Source: an archaeon (lineage in GTDB: Archaea > Iainarchaeota > Iainarchaeia > Iainarchaeales > Iainarchaeaceae). From it: 23,064 nt of DNA. The notes under the pieces are model-generated. The model was not told where the DNA came from. It saw only the letters and a list, made by a program, of their open reading frames with translations, and ran no database searches. Below are positions 1 through 8,630 of this stretch, one piece after another (within the stretch, counting starts at the first letter, position 1; every line of letters starts with the position of its first letter). Location of the stretch: assembly GCA_038046625.1 (NCBI GenBank), contig JBBSVV010000032.1, positions 1 through 23,064 on the forward strand, written 5' to 3'. The position numbers and the translations under genes are program-made.

Positions 1-4
1 CTGT

Positions 5-154
5 TTATTTTTGAGAAAATAGTTTGTAAATTATCTTGCTCTTCTCTAGCTCTGCTGCTTTTTTTTCATCAAACTTGACCTTCTGTAAGCTATCCCAAAA
101 CGCTTTTGCGTCTTTCCCTTCCAAAACTGGTGTTGGTTCAATTGGTTTAGCCAT
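5..154 (-). CDS. 49-aa small protein MAKPIEPTPVLEGKDAKAFW...; putative antitoxin-like protein
   Basis: Translated by hand (below ORF-track cutoff): ATG at 154, TAA at 5-7, GTGA RBS-like upstream. The N-terminal 'PIxxTPVLxGKDAxxF' pattern recalls small proteins found beside GNAT-type toxins (recollection, unsearched). Confidence 0.55.
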   Translation of the reverse strand: MAKPIEPTPVLEGKDAKAFWDSLQKVKFDEKKAAELEKSKIIYKLFSQK

Positions 155-275
155 CTCAATCACTCTCTATTTATCTGTTAATAGATTATTGCAAAGGCAG
201 GTATAAAACCTTTTGCAGTTAAGAAAACAATTCCTCCAACAGCCAAGTGTTATGTATACATCATTGTTGGTTGTT

Positions 276-536
276 TTAGCCCTTTGTAGTTAGTTGAAGC
301 ATCTCCTGCTCCAATTTCCTAATCCTTGTCTGCATCTCATCCATCCTCTCGCTCGGCCTCGCATAATTTTTTGCCGGGCTATTCGAATTGAACCCCTTGT
401 TTGTGAGGTCACACATCACATTGTGTTTGCGAAAATCCAGAATCAGCTCAATGTTCCGTTTGGAAATTCCGCACTTGCCTAGTTTGGCAATCTCTTGCTC
501 AAGCTTTCCATCGAGGTCGTATAATCCGTTTCTCAT
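276..536 (-). pseudogene. Probable internally deleted tyrosine integrase remnant
   Basis: N-terminal ~45 aa (LYDLDGKLEQEIAKL...ISKRNIELILDF...DL) resemble N-termini of archaeal tRNA-targeting integrases, followed directly by a coiled-coil-like tail. No catalytic R-H-R-Y core. Lies 60 bp from the tRNA 3' end in the same orientation. Confidence 0.5.
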
Positions 537-596
537 GTTTCTCTTCTCCTCAACCGAACAACTTTTAAAGGAGAAAGAGTCGAACTTGACGGTCTA

Positions 597-667
597 AGCT
601 GGGGGAGGGAGTTGAACCCCCTTAGCCCGCTCTGCAGGCGGGTACATAACCGTTCTGACACCCCAGC
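597..667 (-). tRNA. tRNA-Cys(GCA), intronless, CCA not encoded
   Basis: Reverse complement folds as a cloverleaf: acceptor GCTGGGG/CCCCAGC, anticodon arm CCCGC-CTGCAGA-GCGGG, T arm GGGGG-TTCAACT-CCCTC, U discriminator typical of tRNA-Cys. Confidence 0.95.
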
Positions 668-670
668 AAC

Positions 671-702
671 CTTTTTCTTTTCGTTGGCACGAAAAGAAAA
701 AG
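671..702. repeat. Perfect 14-bp inverted repeat upstream of tRNA-Cys
   Basis: CTTTTTCTTTTCGT-tggc-ACGAAAAGAAAAAG, followed by a partial third arm AAAAGAAAAG (711-720). Confidence 0.8.
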
Positions 703-821
703 CTTGGCCAAAAAGAAAAGTGCAAATTGCGCAGTTCTTTTACAGAAAATTGCTTATTCGGGGTTAAAAACCTAACTTATTGCGGAATAGCAATTTAACG
801 CTTATGCCGCCAAATTATGGT

Positions 822-1496
822 ATGAAGGCCATTTTGTTCGACTTTGACGGCGTCATTGTGGATACGATGCATTTGCACCACGAGGCAACCGCAAAGGTTT
901 TTTCCGGGGTGGGCAAAACTCTTTCCGAAAAGGAGCTGCGTGAGATTGATGTGATGCGCGCCAGCGATGCATTCAAAATAAGCTTTTCAGGAATGAGCGA
1001 GGAGGAAAGGGCGGCATTGGTTGCGAAGTATTATGCCTTCCTCAAGGAGCAAAGCAGCGGCATAAAGCCTTTTCCGGGCTTTTTGGAGTTTTTGTTCAAG
1101 GTGAAGGGGAAGTATCCTTTGGCTGTTGTATCCAGTTCGAGGAAAGAGTTTATTGAGTATGTGCTCAACGGAATAGGGGAAAGGGGTTCTTTTCAGGTTG
1201 TTCTCGGCGCCGACGAGGTTTCAAAAGGAAAGCCGCATCCGGAGGGCTACATCAAGGCGGCGCGCCTGCTCAGAGTGCCGATAAAAGAATGCCTCGTTGT
1301 TGAGGACGCAATCCTCGGCATCAAGGCTGCGAAGGACGCGGGCGCAAAATGCGTTGCGGTTACAACAACTTACGACAGGAATTTTTTGCTTGACGCGGAT
1401 TTGATTGTGGATTCGCTTGCGGAATTAAGCATTGCGGGGCTGGAGGCTTTGTTCAACAACCCAAAAAGAACCCCTCGCCATTCAAGAGGTGTTTAG
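822..1496 (+). CDS. HAD-family phosphatase (beta-phosphoglucomutase/CbbY-like)
   Basis: MKAILFDFDGVIVDT motif I, KPHPE motif III, VVED motif IV; start moved to ATG 822. Confidence 0.9.
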   Translation: MKAILFDFDGVIVDTMHLHHEATAKVFSGVGKTLSEKELREIDVMRASDAFKISFSGMSEEERAALVAKYYAFLKEQSSGIKPFPGFLEFLFKVKGKYPLAVVSSSRKEFIEYVLNGIGERGSFQVVLGADEVSKGKPHPEGYIKAARLLRVPIKECLVVEDAILGIKAAKDAGAKCVAVTTTYDRNFLLDADLIVDSLAELSIAGLEALFNNPKRTPRHSRGV

Positions 1497-1561
1497 CTCG
1501 TGGTTCTTTTTCCGTTGACGGGTATCAAGTTGCGGTGCTGTATGAATCTGGAGGTGCTCAT

Positions 1562-2215
1562 ATGATTGAGGCGGTTGTTTTCGATTTTGACGGCGTGATT
1601 GCGAACACCCCTGAATATTACTTCAGGCACATGCGCGCGTACCTGAAAAGGATTCATGCAGGCATTACGGATGAGGAGGTTTCCGAGCTTGTGGGGAAAT
1701 CATTCAGCGAGAAGCTCGCTTACATAAACGAGAAATATTCCCTCGCAATAGATCTTGCGGAGTTTGTGGAATCAGTTTCCGTGCCTGCGCGCGAGGAAAT
1801 GCGCCTGAAGATGGAGCCGGACGGCGGAATGAAAAGGCTCCTTCGCGAAATAGAGTCCGCAAAGCTGCCGTGCGCCATTGCAACAACCAATGTGAGGAAC
1901 AACGTGGATTTCGTGCTTGAAAAGTTCGGGCTCAAGAATTTTTTCAGTGTTATTGTGACTGTAGAAGATGTGGGCAAGTACAAGCCCTCTCCTGATGTTT
2001 ACATCCGTGCCGTGAAGCTTCTCGGAAAAAACGCAGAAAACTGCGTTGCGGTTGAGGACACGATGATTGGGGTTTCTGCCGCAAAGCGCGCCGGATTAAA
2101 GGCAATTGCTTTGCCCGGCGTTTTCACTTCAATGCACGATTTTTCTGAAGCGGACTTAGTTGTTAAAAGCTTTAAGGAACTCAATCTCAGGCGAATGGAG
2201 GCCCTTTTCGCATGA
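1562..2215 (+). CDS. HAD-family phosphatase, tandem paralogue
   Basis: MIEAVVFDFDGVIANT, KPSPD, AVED motifs; GGAGGTG RBS before ATG 1562. Confidence 0.9.
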   Translation: MIEAVVFDFDGVIANTPEYYFRHMRAYLKRIHAGITDEEVSELVGKSFSEKLAYINEKYSLAIDLAEFVESVSVPAREEMRLKMEPDGGMKRLLREIESAKLPCAIATTNVRNNVDFVLEKFGLKNFFSVIVTVEDVGKYKPSPDVYIRAVKLLGKNAENCVAVEDTMIGVSAAKRAGLKAIALPGVFTSMHDFSEADLVVKSFKELNLRRMEALFA

Positions 2216-3435
2216 AGATAGCGGTTTTTTCGGACACCCACCTTGGTTTTGACGAGAAGGGCGAGCGCTATTCCGAATCGTTCGAGAATCTAGGGCAGGC
2301 AATCAAAATTGCTTTGCAGGGGGAAGCGGATTTTTGCGTTTTGTGCGGCGACATTTTCGACGCTCCCGTGCCTTCACATAATGTCCTTTACCGCGCCATT
2401 GAATCCTTTTCGCTCGCGAAAAGCGGCTCTTCCGCTGCCTCTTTTGTGCTGGAAAAGAACAGTGAAAAAAAAGCCCTGCAGATTTCCGGTTTGCCTTTGA
2501 TTACTATCCACGGGAACCATGAATTCAGGGGAAAGGAAACAAAAACAGCCTTGGACGTGCTTAACCTCTCGGGCCTCATTGTTTATCTCCACGCGGGCAA
2601 AATAATTGCTGAGAAGGGCAATGAGCGGGTTTGTGTTTTCGGTTTGGGCGCCGTGCCGGAGAAAAGGGCGCTTGATGTTCTCCATCACTGGAATCCGGTT
2701 CCGGAAAAGGGCGCGTGCAATTTGCTTCTTTTGCACCAGACCTTCAAGGAGTTCATTGTTATCGATGATGAAATGGTCGCAACCCTTTCCCTTGATGATT
2801 TGCCGAGCGGATTCGACCTCATTGTGAACGGCCATTTGCACTGGGCTAACGAGCAGAAGCTCCGGGAAACCACTTTTTTGCTTGCGGGTTCCACAATAGC
2901 CACTTCAATAAAGAAGCTTGAGTGCGAGAAGCCTAAGGGCGTTTTCTTTTTTGATTCCGCTTCAAAGGAACTTTCCTTCACGCCTTTTCCTAGGCAGAGA
3001 AAAATGTTTTACCACAGGGTTCTGCTGGATTCGGCTTCGCAGGAGAATGTTTTGGGGGACTGCAGGAGCGCAATTGAATCTGACCTGAGGGAAAAGCAGG
3101 AAATGAAGCCGCTGATAAGGATTAATTTGAAGGGGACCTTGAAGAAGGGCCTTTCTTCCGCGGATATCGACCTCAAGGAAATAACGGAGGCATATTCCGG
3201 AAGGGCGTTCCTTTCGGTTTCCAAGAATTTTTTGGCGGATTCATTCAGGAAAAAAATTTCAGAGCTGCGCGAGCTCCAGAAGTCGAGGCTTTCCATTGCG
3301 GCAATGGGTTTTGACATTCTGGAGAAAAACCTCAAGGAAACGGATTTCGGGGGCGCCTTTGACCTGAAGGAGATTTTTGATCTGCTTGCGGAAGATGAGC
3401 TTGAGAAGGCGCTTGAAAAGGTTTCACACAGCTAA
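2212..3435 (+). CDS. mre11: Mre11/SbcD DNA repair nuclease
   Basis: Metallophosphoesterase motifs SDTHLG, GDIFD, GNHE, LHQ, GHLH plus capping domain; ATGA overlap with upstream gene. Confidence 0.88.
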   Translation: MKIAVFSDTHLGFDEKGERYSESFENLGQAIKIALQGEADFCVLCGDIFDAPVPSHNVLYRAIESFSLAKSGSSAASFVLEKNSEKKALQISGLPLITIHGNHEFRGKETKTALDVLNLSGLIVYLHAGKIIAEKGNERVCVFGLGAVPEKRALDVLHHWNPVPEKGACNLLLLHQTFKEFIVIDDEMVATLSLDDLPSGFDLIVNGHLHWANEQKLRETTFLLAGSTIATSIKKLECEKPKGVFFFDSASKELSFTPFPRQRKMFYHRVLLDSASQENVLGDCRSAIESDLREKQEMKPLIRINLKGTLKKGLSSADIDLKEITEAYSGRAFLSVSKNFLADSFRKKISELRELQKSRLSIAAMGFDILEKNLKETDFGGAFDLKEIFDLLAEDELEKALEKVSHS

Positions 3436-4811
3436 GTTTTCCTGAGGAATTCGGCGTATGAAGCCATTTCCTTCATTGAGCGCGCCGCAATGCTCGGGTA
3501 AGTAAAGGTTGTGAATCCGGCTCTCTCTATTTTTCCCATGTATTTTTCAGTGTAGTCGCTGCCGATTGAAATCACTATTATCGGCTTTGCGAGCTTTTTC
3601 CTCGCGCCCTTGAGTATGCTCAGCTTCTGTGCCTCGATTGCCGGAAGGTTAAACAGGACAAGCACCATTATGATGTCCGCATTTTTGTCGCTTATGGTTG
3701 CCTTGAGTGCCTCCTTGAATCGCGCGACATCCGCATCGCCAATGAGGTCCATGGGGTTTGATATTGTGGCCATGGGCATTTTGTGCCTGAGCTCTGAAAC
3801 CGTTTTTTGCGATAGTTTCGCGAGCCTCAATCCGTTTGCAATCACCTGGTCCGCTGTCACGATTCCAAAGCCGCCTCCGTTGGTTATTATCTGCACGCGA
3901 TTCCCCTTTGGCAGCGGCTCTTTTTCAAGCAGTTTTGCGACGTTGAAAAGCTCGATGAGGTCGTTCACCTGTATTATTCCCGCCTGCTTGAACACGGCAT
4001 CATAAACTTTCGAAGAGCCTGCAAGAGAACCGGTGTGCGAGGCCGTTGCCTTGCTTGTTTCCTCGCTGCGCCCGCCCTTAAGCACTATTATGGGCTTTTG
4101 CCTGGAGACCTTTTTTGCGGTTTCGTAGAATTTCCTGCCGTCGCGCGCACCCTCGAGGTACATTGTAATGACTTTGGTTTTTTTGTCGCGCCCGAAATAT
4201 TCCAATAAATCGGCTTCATCAACGTCCATTGCGTTTCCGTATGAGGCGAACTTGCTTATCCCGAAGTCCTGTGTTGCGACCCAGTCAAGTATCATTGAGC
4301 CAAGCGCCCCGGACTGCGAGATGAATGAAAGGTTCCCTTTTTTTGGCTTCCGCATCCTTTCGCTTGAAAAGAATGTCGTGTCAAGGCCCGAGTGGTTGTT
4401 CATTACGCCCACGCAGTTTGGCCCCATTACCCTTGTGTGCGGGTGCTTCTTTATGAGTTCAGAAATCTGTGCGGTGAGCTTTTTTTCCCCGACTTCGGAG
4501 AAGCCCGCGCTCACTATTATTGCGGCGCCGCATTTTTTTTCCATGCACTCCTCAAGCGCGCTTGGAACGAATTGTGACGGCACCGCTATCACCGCAAGGT
4601 CAATCGGAAAAGGAATGTCCTTTACGGAGGCGTAGGTTTTTTTCCCCTGTATTTTCGCGTGCTTCGGGTTGACGGGGAAAGCTTTTGTACCGTAGATTTT
4701 TGCCACGTTTCCGAATATTGCCGAGCCGACGCTTCCCTTCTGCCCCGAAGCGCCTATCACCGCGACGCTTTTCGGCGAGAAAAACGCGTCAATGCTTTTC
4801 CAGTCCTTCAT
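3432..4811 (-). CDS. acdA: Acetyl-CoA synthetase (ADP-forming) alpha subunit
   Basis: FFSPKSVAVIGAS, GPNCVG, SQSGALG, SHTGSLAG (phospho-His), NPMDLIGDA. True start ATG 4811; the ORF-track extension overlaps the upstream gene. Confidence 0.9.
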   Translation of the reverse strand: MKDWKSIDAFFSPKSVAVIGASGQKGSVGSAIFGNVAKIYGTKAFPVNPKHAKIQGKKTYASVKDIPFPIDLAVIAVPSQFVPSALEECMEKKCGAAIIVSAGFSEVGEKKLTAQISELIKKHPHTRVMGPNCVGVMNNHSGLDTTFFSSERMRKPKKGNLSFISQSGALGSMILDWVATQDFGISKFASYGNAMDVDEADLLEYFGRDKKTKVITMYLEGARDGRKFYETAKKVSRQKPIIVLKGGRSEETSKATASHTGSLAGSSKVYDAVFKQAGIIQVNDLIELFNVAKLLEKEPLPKGNRVQIITNGGGFGIVTADQVIANGLRLAKLSQKTVSELRHKMPMATISNPMDLIGDADVARFKEALKATISDKNADIIMVLVLFNLPAIEAQKLSILKGARKKLAKPIIVISIGSDYTEKYMGKIERAGFTTFTYPSIAARSMKEMASYAEFLRKT

Positions 4812-4846
4812 GGAATAAGGATTGTTTTCTGTTCTTAAAAATGTTT

Positions 4847-5488
4847 CTAGAAATTGCCTATGCATACCTTGCCCACGCAGTGCTGGTGCGGGGGGCATTC
4901 CTTTTCCTGGTATTTGGGGTCGTTCTGGGGGCAGCATTGGGCCTCGCAGGCCGGCTTCACGCATTTTCCGTTCACGCAATCCAGCGTGCCAGAACATGCC
5001 TTGTCCTGTGTTCCGGTTATTCCGGCACAGCACTGGCTTTTGCATGCGTTGAGTTCGCATTTTCCGTTCACGCACTGCATGTTGTTTGCGCATGTTTTTT
5101 CCCCGTAGGCGGAGTTTGCGGCACAGCACTCGCTTTCGCAGGCCGGCTTGACGCATTCGAACCTCTCGCATGCCAATCCGGAGGGGCATTCCTTTCTTTC
5201 AAAGCCCTCGGTTATGCAGCACTCCGCGTCGCACTGCCTCGCAACGCACGCATTGTTCACGCACTCAAGCCTTCCGTCACAGGCTTTTTGCATGAATGTT
5301 CCGTCGGTGCAGCATTCAAAATCGCTTGGGCAGGCGCATTGGCTTAGTGAGCCTGCTTTTGTTCCGTCGGGGCATTTCACGAGCACTTCCCTTGGTTCAA
5401 CTGGCAGGAGCAGTGCTGCGCCAATGCCGAGCAATAGAAGTACGGTGAACACTATTGCCGCGAGGTTGCTTGTCATGCGCAGGTTCAT
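4847..5488 (-). CDS. Membrane-anchored cysteine-rich repeat protein
   Basis: N-terminal hydrophobic helix (LAAIVFTVLLLLGIGAALLL), a CPDG motif, then five ~31-34 aa repeats with six Cys each. Confidence 0.8.
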   Translation of the reverse strand: MNLRMTSNLAAIVFTVLLLLGIGAALLLPVEPREVLVKCPDGTKAGSLSQCACPSDFECCTDGTFMQKACDGRLECVNNACVARQCDAECCITEGFERKECPSGLACERFECVKPACESECCAANSAYGEKTCANNMQCVNGKCELNACKSQCCAGITGTQDKACSGTLDCVNGKCVKPACEAQCCPQNDPKYQEKECPPHQHCVGKVCIGNF

Positions 5489-5564
5489 GCCTTTCACTTT
5501 TACCGGCCGTAAATTATATCAAAAGACATTAATTTTTGAAACTTTTTTAGTGTCTTTCGATATT

Positions 5565-5753
5565 ATTTGTGGATTCGGCTTGATAAGCATTGCCTCAACA
5601 GTTTCGTCCGAGAGTGCGCCTACCCTGACGGGCACAGGTCGGAAGGGCGCCAAGATTGTTGGGTGCGAGTGCCATCTTCGTTGGACTCGATGGCAAGAAC
5701 TGCACTGCCGGAGGCGTGCGCCCCCACCCCCAACGCGGGCTTGCGTTGCTCGC
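5565..5753 (+). ncRNA. Structured intergenic element A (unknown family)
   Basis: Shares 5665-5748 with element B with compensatory changes, and GATTCGGCTTG with element C; long stem CTCAACAGTTT/AGATTGTTGGG with three G-U pairs on +. Confidence 0.6.
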
Positions 5754-6848
5754 TTACGGCAGGAAGTCCTCTTCCTTTATTTTTTTGGGAACGTAAGTTT
5801 CCGTGATGAACCTTATTCCTTTTTTTGAGAGTGCTTCGAGCTCCAGCTTGTATGCCTTTTCCCGCATGTTGTTGAATTCCTGTTTCCATTCCTTTTTCTG
5901 GAACCACTCGTAGCCCTCCATTTCCTTGAGGCGCTTCACGTCCAATTGGTTCAATTTGATTGTGACTTCCTTGGGTATCTTGAATTTTTCAACATCCATT
6001 GTTGTGAGGCCGATGAATTGCGCCGAAGGCGTCGCAAGCTTTTCCTCGGAGTATGACAGGCTTATCGAGCCCTGCTTTATTACGGAGTAAATGTACATTC
6101 CCCAGGGGTCCGCATCAGTGAGCACGTATATGGGCAACTTGAATTCCTTTACCAGGCGCTGTGCCATCCTTCTTTCTCCGCGTCCGGGCTGTCCCCTTCC
6201 TGTGAGTATTATGCATTTTTGTTTTTTCCAGAACTGGTCCTCGTTGAAGCGCCTCCAAACCGCGTCCTTCTCTATGAAGAGGATGTATTCGGCGTTGACT
6301 TTCTTGAATTCAATCCTGTCGGGTTCAACATTGCTCGGAACGCTCCACCCTCCGGAACCCATTTTTGTGAGATCTATGTTTACCCCGCCGTCCCTCAATT
6401 GCACGTCGCCCGCGATTATTCCCTTTGCGGAGGCCGCGAGATGCAGTTCTTCCCTGAGCAAATCCAGTGAGGCCTCGATGTCCTCAATGCATGGGTCGGA
6501 TTCCGACTGTTCCTCGAAAGTGTTTTCGTTCGTGCCCTCGATTGTGTGCTTGAGCGCGTAGTAAAGGTCACGGATGCTCACGGTGGCCTGCTGTTCAATC
6601 ACATTTCTTATTTCCGACGCAACCAAAAGTGTCTGCATGAATTTCTTGGAGTGCGCGACGTTCAGGAACTGCCTTTCGGACACCTTGTCCCCGAGCTTTA
6701 TTGTGCCGCTTTTTTTGTCAAAGAAAACGTTGTTCAGTGTCCTCACGGGCACCTCATAAGTCGGATTCTGGCTTTTGTCTATCTGCCTGTAGATTGCCTC
6801 GCCGATGCTTTCAAGCTTTTTTTGCACTTCCTTGTCCCTTCCAGCCAT
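5754..6848 (-). CDS. top6A: DNA topoisomerase VI subunit A
   Basis: SIRDLYY (catalytic Tyr), IEKDA, DADPWG TOPRIM motifs, KLELEAL. Confidence 0.96.
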   Translation of the reverse strand: MAGRDKEVQKKLESIGEAIYRQIDKSQNPTYEVPVRTLNNVFFDKKSGTIKLGDKVSERQFLNVAHSKKFMQTLLVASEIRNVIEQQATVSIRDLYYALKHTIEGTNENTFEEQSESDPCIEDIEASLDLLREELHLAASAKGIIAGDVQLRDGGVNIDLTKMGSGGWSVPSNVEPDRIEFKKVNAEYILFIEKDAVWRRFNEDQFWKKQKCIILTGRGQPGRGERRMAQRLVKEFKLPIYVLTDADPWGMYIYSVIKQGSISLSYSEEKLATPSAQFIGLTTMDVEKFKIPKEVTIKLNQLDVKRLKEMEGYEWFQKKEWKQEFNNMREKAYKLELEALSKKGIRFITETYVPKKIKEEDFLP

Positions 6849-6850
6849 TT

Positions 6851-8620
6851 TCACTCACTCTCCTCTTCTTCAATGGGCTCTTTCTTTCCCCCGTCCTTTC
6901 CCTTTGCGGTTTCTTTTTTTTCCTTTTCCATTTTTTTCTCGTAAGCCTTCTCTATTTCCTCTTCGCTTGCCTCGCCCTTTGCATCCGCCTCTTTTTCCTT
7001 CTGCTCCTCGAGCTTTAGGTGTTTCAAAACGAGCGCGTGCAGCTTGTCCTCGACCTGCTTTTTTGGCTTCTGCGCGAGTTCCGAAACCGCATACGCGACT
7101 TCTGATGCGTATTTGTAGAACATTTTCCTCTTAGCTTCCTTTTCCGCCTGCCTCTTCTGGCGCCCGATGAAAGTGTAAATTTTTCTTCCAGTGTCCATCA
7201 AAGCGAGGCGGAGTTCCTCCATTATTTCGTCCTCATCGCTGATTGCCTGCTTTCCTGCCGAAGTGTAGGGAATGTGCACTGAAATCAGGTTCACGAAAAC
7301 CGTCAATGGCGCGCTCTCCAGGTCCTTTATTCCGTACCTTTTCCAGTCAATGGACTGAACGGCCTTTGTTATTGCGCATGCCCCGGTATCAAAAAGCAAT
7401 GGTGTTCTGTTTGCGAACCTCATTATTTCCACTTTTCTTTCCTGCCGGCCTTCCTCATTTACAATGCCGGTTTTCCCGGCGTTGCCTCCGAATGCTATGC
7501 CGACCTCGACCTGGAATGGGAAGCCGCCCTTGTAAACGCTCGGTTTTCTTGTTACGACAGAAAGGAATTCCGGAACCACGATGCTTGAGAGGCTCTTCTT
7601 TATTCTTTCCTCGCCGATTGACCTCAGGCCGTCTGTCCTCGGCGCAATGAAGCTGATTTTTTTGAATTGGCCGATTATTTCCTCGGATTCCTCCCAAGTG
7701 AGTTGCCTAGGGTCCTTCCTCAGGTCAAATGAAACGTTTTTCGTGATTTCCTCAACGGCCTTGTCCCCGAGCCTGTCGAGTTCGCTTTTCAAAAAGCTTG
7801 AAACCTGCCTCGCCTTGGTGTATTTTGCGAGCGTGCTGAGTTCATCCACCGTAATGCCTTTCGGGTGCGGCTTTATTTCCAGTGGCTTTGCGGGAATTTC
7901 TTTTAAGGTTCTTTTGAAAACTATTTTGTTTCCGCTCGGCTCTATAAGTGTAATCTGTGCGTGCGGGTTTGCAATCGCGGTCCTCCTCAAATATTCAAGC
8001 GGCGCCTGTTCCGAGTTAACGTACTTCACGTCCTTGAACTTGGCCCTGATTACAGTTCCCTTGAACTCCTTTTTGAGTTCCGTGAGGTTGGAGATTTTTG
8101 CCTCGTTCTTTTTCGGGTCGATTGTTATTTCCAGGCTGATTGGCGCGTGCTTTCCCGTTCCGGTAATGACCTGCGTGGCTTTTCCCGTTGTGATTTGTGA
8201 AAGCATTGTGCATCCCGCGGCGCCGATTCCCTGCTGTCCGCGCATCTGCATCATCCTGTGGAATTTTGTTCCCGCAAGCAGCTGCCCGAGGGCTTTTCCG
8301 ACTGTTTCCTTTGTGAGGCCGGGGCCGTTGTCCTTTGCCGTAATCTCGTAATACTCGTTGCCCAGTTCCTTTACCTGGACCTCAATGTCGGGCAGTATTT
8401 TTGCCTCTTCGCACGCATCCAGCGAATTGGTGACGTACTCGTGCACAATTGTTGTCAGGGTCTTGATTTTTCCCGTTAACCCCAGCATCTGCATGTTTTT
8501 TTTGAAGAATTCTGCGACGGAATGTTCCTTGAATTCTGTTGCTATTTCTTCCGCGCTTGTTCCTTTGAGCTGTGCGCTTTCCGCTTCCGTTTCTTCATGT
8601 TCTTCATTTTCTTTCGCCAT
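6851..8620 (-). CDS. top6B: DNA topoisomerase VI subunit B
   Basis: SVAEFF, HEYVTNSLDACEE, DNGPG, RGQQGIG GHKL motifs; RFANRTPLL, YTSAGKQ. Confidence 0.96.
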   Translation of the reverse strand: MAKENEEHEETEAESAQLKGTSAEEIATEFKEHSVAEFFKKNMQMLGLTGKIKTLTTIVHEYVTNSLDACEEAKILPDIEVQVKELGNEYYEITAKDNGPGLTKETVGKALGQLLAGTKFHRMMQMRGQQGIGAAGCTMLSQITTGKATQVITGTGKHAPISLEITIDPKKNEAKISNLTELKKEFKGTVIRAKFKDVKYVNSEQAPLEYLRRTAIANPHAQITLIEPSGNKIVFKRTLKEIPAKPLEIKPHPKGITVDELSTLAKYTKARQVSSFLKSELDRLGDKAVEEITKNVSFDLRKDPRQLTWEESEEIIGQFKKISFIAPRTDGLRSIGEERIKKSLSSIVVPEFLSVVTRKPSVYKGGFPFQVEVGIAFGGNAGKTGIVNEEGRQERKVEIMRFANRTPLLFDTGACAITKAVQSIDWKRYGIKDLESAPLTVFVNLISVHIPYTSAGKQAISDEDEIMEELRLALMDTGRKIYTFIGRQKRQAEKEAKRKMFYKYASEVAYAVSELAQKPKKQVEDKLHALVLKHLKLEEQKEKEADAKGEASEEEIEKAYEKKMEKEKKETAKGKDGGKKEPIEEEESE

Positions 8621-8630
8621 AAACAAAACC

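Noticed and set aside
4812..5189. 126-aa N-terminal extension of acdA in the ORF track
   Set aside because: Alternative-frame read-through of the Cys-rich gene; homology begins at Met 4811.
5635..5652. SRP RNA helix 8 (CAGGTCGGAAGG)
   Set aside because: Lacks the AGCA side of the symmetric loop and the surrounding SRP architecture.
5594..5662. Hammerhead ribozyme (GGACGAAAC on minus; CTGACGG on plus)
   Set aside because: No CUGANGA core correctly placed with GAAA on the same strand.
7581..8351. Long antisense ORFs (this one, 8943-9584, 9609-10220, 5148-5828 and others)
   Set aside because: Shadows of well-supported genes on the opposite strand, with no motifs of their own.
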